Positions 60,887 to 64,000 of a stretch of 64,000 nucleotides of DNA are shown piece after piece. The stretch's first letter is position 1. Each line of letters begins with the position of its first letter. The notes under the pieces are model-generated. The model was not told the DNA's origin, did not search any database, and saw nothing but the letters and a program-made list of their open reading frames with translations. The translations under genes were made by a program, and so were the position numbers. The stretch is from a virus, in the IMG/VR virus record IMGVR_UViG_3300050132_000248, positions 53,332 through 117,331 of that record. One strand, 5' to 3'.

Positions 60887-61899
60887 GAGATTTAAAATTT
60901 ATAACAACTTGTCCGACAGATACTTACTTTTCATGGCAGGTACATTTATGGCTTGAAAGTTTAAAACAATTAGGACATTCAAATAAAGCAATTGTACTTT
61001 TATTTAGTCCTTTAGGAAGACCAATTAATCCTATATGGGAAAAAATTCATAAATTATATCCTGAATCAGAATTTCATACTTATGTGGATGATGGAACAAT
61101 AAATCCTTTTCTTGGTATTTACATTCCAATATTACGTTTATATTCAATGAAAAAATATTGTGAAGAGTATCCAGAGATAGATAAATGTGCTGTGTTTTAT
61201 TGTGATAGTGATATTATTTTTACAGAAAAGTTTAATATAGATCATCTTTTAGAGGATGAAATTATTTATCTTTCTGATACTAATAGTTATATAAATGCTT
61301 CTTATTTTGATAGTAAAATAAAAGATGTTCTTCCTGATAGGTTAGAAGATTATAAAAAGATAGATGTACTTAATGAGGCAGCTAAAATTGTAGGAATTGA
61401 TAGACAAATTTGTGAGAAGAATAATTTACATTCAGGAGGAACTCAATATCTACTCAAAAATACAAATGCTGATTTTTGGAAAACTATTTTTAAAAAATGT
61501 ATACCTCTCTTATCCTATTTAAGAGATATTAATAAGCAATATTTTGCAAATGAAGATAAAGGTTATCAATCTTGGACCTGTGATATGTGGTTGGTTTTAT
61601 GGGAATTATGGAAAAGAGGATTTGAAACCAAAATTGTAGATGAGATGTCATTCAGTTGGGCACCTGATCCAATTGAGAAACTAACTACTTGTCCTATATA
61701 TCATAATGCAGGAATTACAGGAGAATTTATGGATGGTATTCCTTATTTCTATAAAGGGAAATATCATACAGGAACTAATCCAATGATTGATACTCATCTA
61801 CAGACAGTGATTAATAATGAGGAATCAAAAAAACATTGTACTTGGTTCTATGCTAATGCACTTAATGAACTCAATCAAAAATATCATATTGACTATTAA
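60883..61899 (+). CDS. GT-A-fold glycosyltransferase, resembling peptide O-glycosyltransferases (HPAT/SGT1-like)
   Basis: FSWQVHLWLES near the N-terminus; DxD motif YCDSDIIF (61204-61212); GGTQYLL, WTCDMW and IYHNAG. The start is probably ATG 60883, which overlaps the HNH stop as ATGA. Confidence 0.65.
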   Translation: MRDLKFITTCPTDTYFSWQVHLWLESLKQLGHSNKAIVLLFSPLGRPINPIWEKIHKLYPESEFHTYVDDGTINPFLGIYIPILRLYSMKKYCEEYPEIDKCAVFYCDSDIIFTEKFNIDHLLEDEIIYLSDTNSYINASYFDSKIKDVLPDRLEDYKKIDVLNEAAKIVGIDRQICEKNNLHSGGTQYLLKNTNADFWKTIFKKCIPLLSYLRDINKQYFANEDKGYQSWTCDMWLVLWELWKRGFETKIVDEMSFSWAPDPIEKLTTCPIYHNAGITGEFMDGIPYFYKGKYHTGTNPMIDTHLQTVINNEESKKHCTWFYANALNELNQKYHIDY

Positions 61900-61917
61900 C
61901 AATTAATACATACTAAA

Positions 61918-62391
61918 ATGATACCTAATAAACGTAATCTTAAAGCTTATGTCAGACTTGATGGCATGAAAAGAGTAGTTGCCGGAAGTCTAATTCTTCG
62001 TAAGCATATGCCAAAGATGGGCAAGTGGGAAGAAGTGCCAGCTTATGAATGTTGTAATCCAGTTTCTTCTGGTACTACCACCACTACTACAACAATAACT
62101 GGTTCTCCAACTAGATATGCTATGTCAGTTAATTATTATATAAGTGATGGAGCAGCCTGTACAGATGGAATGAGTAACACATCTACAGTATATTCTGGTT
62201 ATCCTCCTGAAAGCATGGTAGGAAAAAGACTGTATACAAATATGTCTCTAACTACTCCATATGTTGAAGCAGGAACTGTTTATCCTATATATAGGAAATT
62301 TATAGTTGTTGCAGGACTCTTTGGTTATTATTCTATGCAGATTGATCCTGTTACTAGTAATGTATTAAGTGTTAATATATGTACAAGTTAA
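61918..62391 (+). CDS. Thr-tract protein, paralogue A
   Basis: MIPNKRNLKAYVRLDG...WEEVPAYECCNP, then TTTTTTTIT (62073-62100) and a Cys-bracketed beta domain. Confidence 0.75.
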   Translation: MIPNKRNLKAYVRLDGMKRVVAGSLILRKHMPKMGKWEEVPAYECCNPVSSGTTTTTTTITGSPTRYAMSVNYYISDGAACTDGMSNTSTVYSGYPPESMVGKRLYTNMSLTTPYVEAGTVYPIYRKFIVVAGLFGYYSMQIDPVTSNVLSVNICTS

Positions 62392-62403
62392 ATATATAAG
62401 AAC

Positions 62404-62658
62404 ATGATACCAAATAAGAGAAGTTTAAAAGCTTATGTCCGTTATGATGGAAATAAGAAAATTGTTCCCGGAAGTTTAATTCTTGCCAGAAAGAAACCTT
62501 TGGTCGGTAATTGGAAAGAGGTTCCAGCATATGAGTGTTGCAATTATACAACTACCACGAGTACTACTCATACAACCACAAGTACGACTACTGTAGCTCC
62601 AACCACTACCACATCTACAACTCATTTGACAACAACCACGACAACTAGCCACTCTTAA
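62404..62658 (+). CDS. Thr-tract protein, paralogue B
   Basis: Same N-terminal domain (MIPNKRSLKAYVRYDG...WKEVPAYECCNY) followed by a ~34-residue Thr-rich tail. Confidence 0.75.
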   Translation: MIPNKRSLKAYVRYDGNKKIVPGSLILARKKPLVGNWKEVPAYECCNYTTTTSTTHTTTSTTTVAPTTTTSTTHLTTTTTTSHS

Positions 62659-62669
62659 AAATTAGATAA

Positions 62670-63086
62670 ATGGACTTTTTTCCTGATACCATAGTGGGTA
62701 AATCATCATCTCCTTTAGAGATGACAATGGAGGATATTGCTGGAAAATTTGACTATTTCCAACGTCAAATTCATCTATTACATTTCCAAACTCCTTCCTA
62801 TAGCGAGCACAAAGGTTTACAAATTTGGGATATCCTTCCAGGTCAGCTAGATGAATTTTTGGAAAAAATAATGGGATATGAAGGACGAAAAATAAAGAGT
62901 TATTCAACTCCTCCTATTGTAGACTATTCCATGGAACTTCCTAAGAAGATATTGACTGATTTGAAGGAGTTTGCTAAACAATTAGAGAGTTATGGAAGAC
63001 TCAAGAACTATTCAGACATTGAGAACCTTGCACAGTCGCTTAGCGGAAGTGCAAGTCAGGTTTTGTATTTGCTTACACTATCATAA
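62670..63086 (+). CDS. Ferritin/Dps-like four-helix-bundle protein
   Basis: QIHLLHFQT.SYSEHKGL...LDEFLEKIMG resembles the HW..KG..F...H...D...E metal-site pattern of Dps-like proteins. Confidence 0.65.
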   Translation: MDFFPDTIVGKSSSPLEMTMEDIAGKFDYFQRQIHLLHFQTPSYSEHKGLQIWDILPGQLDEFLEKIMGYEGRKIKSYSTPPIVDYSMELPKKILTDLKEFAKQLESYGRLKNYSDIENLAQSLSGSASQVLYLLTLS

Positions 63087-63370
63087 TGGAAGTACATAGA
63101 AAGAATTTCCCAGAGGTGATGATTGACAATGACGAAATTTTTATTGACAGTATTATTGGAATTACCGAGGCAGTGGATGAATTCTCTTCTATGGAAATCA
63201 CAAATACAGGACATTCTTTCAATTTCAGAATAGCTCCCAGTACAAATAAATATTTAGAACCTATTCTATACGAGATATTAAAATTTAGTAATATGTTTGG
63301 TATACATTTGGATCTAAGTAAAAGCATGAAGATAAATTCAACAATTAATTTTGAATTGGAAATAATTTAA
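63086..63370 (+). CDS. Hypothetical protein, 94 aa
   Basis: Its start overlaps the previous stop codon. Confidence 0.6.
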   Translation: MEVHRKNFPEVMIDNDEIFIDSIIGITEAVDEFSSMEITNTGHSFNFRIAPSTNKYLEPILYEILKFSNMFGIHLDLSKSMKINSTINFELEII

Positions 63371-63383
63371 TCAATTTAATGTG

Positions 63384-63391
63384 TATCTTTG
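63384..63391 (+). promoter_or_regulatory. Bacteroidota sigma70 -7 element TATCTTTG
   Basis: Exact consensus, 22 nt before the ATG at 63414. Confidence 0.65.
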
Positions 63392-63413
63392 TCTCTCACT
63401 AATTTAATTAAAT

Positions 63414-63704
63414 ATGGCATATGATTCAAATAAAAGTTATCAATGGAACCCTGATGAACAATTTACAATTTCAGGAAGAGATTTTGGTCTAATTCTTAAC
63501 ACAATAAGAAGTATTCTAAGCACAGAATCAGCACAACAGATTCTACTTGCAGCAAGGACAAATGATGTTCTTGAAAAAATAATGATAGAGAATGTTGAAC
63601 AAGGAAAAATAGTTGAAAAATCAACTGAAAAAAAAGAATCCTTTAAACTTAAAAAGTATGAAACAAATGATGAATGGTCCAATGGCATCACAGAAAATGA
63701 GTAA
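63414..63704 (+). CDS. Hypothetical protein, 96 aa
   Basis: Follows the promoter element; no recognised motif. Confidence 0.65.
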   Translation: MAYDSNKSYQWNPDEQFTISGRDFGLILNTIRSILSTESAQQILLAARTNDVLEKIMIENVEQGKIVEKSTEKKESFKLKKYETNDEWSNGITENE

Positions 63705-63903
63705 AAAACCTATGAAAAAGATGCTACCAATGAAAAAGAAACCCACATCAGTTCCTGTAAGGTCTCAACCAACAAGAATGATGCCTCCTCAACAGGGGCC
63801 AATGCAACAGGGTCCACAACAGCAATTTCAACCTCAGCAACCTCCAATGAAAAAAGGTGGAAAAATGAAGAGGAAAAAATGTTGTGGCGGAGGTCGTATA
63901 TAA
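63667..63903 (+). CDS. Small basic, P/Q/M-rich low-complexity protein with a MKKGG motif (start uncertain)
   Basis: In frame with track ORF 63613..63903; carries PQQGP repeats and ends MKKGGKMKRKKCCGGGRI. Confidence 0.5.
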   Translation: MMNGPMASQKMSKKPMKKMLPMKKKPTSVPVRSQPTRMMPPQQGPMQQGPQQQFQPQQPPMKKGGKMKRKKCCGGGRI

Positions 63904-63918
63904 CAAAAGGAAGTAATT

Positions 63919-64000
63919 ATGGCAACTAAAAAAAAGGGCAAGAAAGATTGGATATCTTCAGCTGTGAATCCCAAACACAAGGGATATTGTACTCCAGAAA
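63919..64000 (+). CDS. N-terminus of a small basic protein, truncated by the window edge
   Basis: MATKKKGKKDWISSAVNPKHKGYCTPE..., open to the end of the window. Confidence 0.55.
   Translation, partial: MATKKKGKKDWISSAVNPKHKGYCTPE

Noticed and set aside
6200-62649. Thr tracts as trinucleotide microsatellite slippage products
   Set aside because: The codons are mixed and interspersed with Ser, Pro, His and Leu, which fits protein-level selection rather than pure repeat expansion.
1-64000. Stop-codon reassignment, as in some crAss-like phages
   Set aside because: Very long ORFs (up to 4609 aa) are intact in the standard code, and TAA, TGA and TAG all act as stops with tight gene packing.
1-64000. 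Complete DGR, introns, inteins or tRNA genes in the window
   Set aside because: No reverse transcriptase motif, no template repeat, no split core genes with intervening sequence, no intein terminal motifs and no cloverleaf were recognised by eye.
1-64000. Total avoidance of CCWGG as the explanation for the CCCGGG excess
   Set aside because: CCAGG/CCTGG still occurs many times (e.g. near 2577, 6464, 15377, 21209, 48242, 56350), so avoidance is at most partial.

Overview
AT-rich, gene-dense window with every credible gene on the + strand, read in the standard genetic code. It is the virion morphogenesis-to-lysis half of a crAss-like (Crassvirales-related) phage of a Bacteroidota host. Gene order: portal C-terminus, acidic scaffold-like protein, major capsid protein, ring and auxiliary capsid proteins, a ~6.5 kb cassette of three export-signal adhesin-like genes (one with BspA-type LRRs), tail-collar and Thr-rich genes, ring/IHF/tail-stabilisation (muzzle) genes, ejected cargo proteins, a 4609-aa virion RNA polymerase (DFDID motif), a 2402-aa polyvalent protein, an expanded lysis cassette, an exonuclease, an HNH endonuclease, a GT-A glycosyltransferase, two Thr-tract paralogues and a ferritin-like gene. 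The best candidate for an undescribed system is a phage-encoded O-glycosylation set: a DxD glycosyltransferase beside, and co-encoded with, at least seven proteins carrying mucin-like poly-Thr tracts, several of them predicted virion-surface proteins. Other leads are DGR-like hypervariable codons in the LRRs, xxGG motifs bounding swappable enzyme modules in cargo proteins, and about 14 CCCGGG sites where 1-2 are expected. All assignments come from motif recognition and synteny by eye; no database searches were run.
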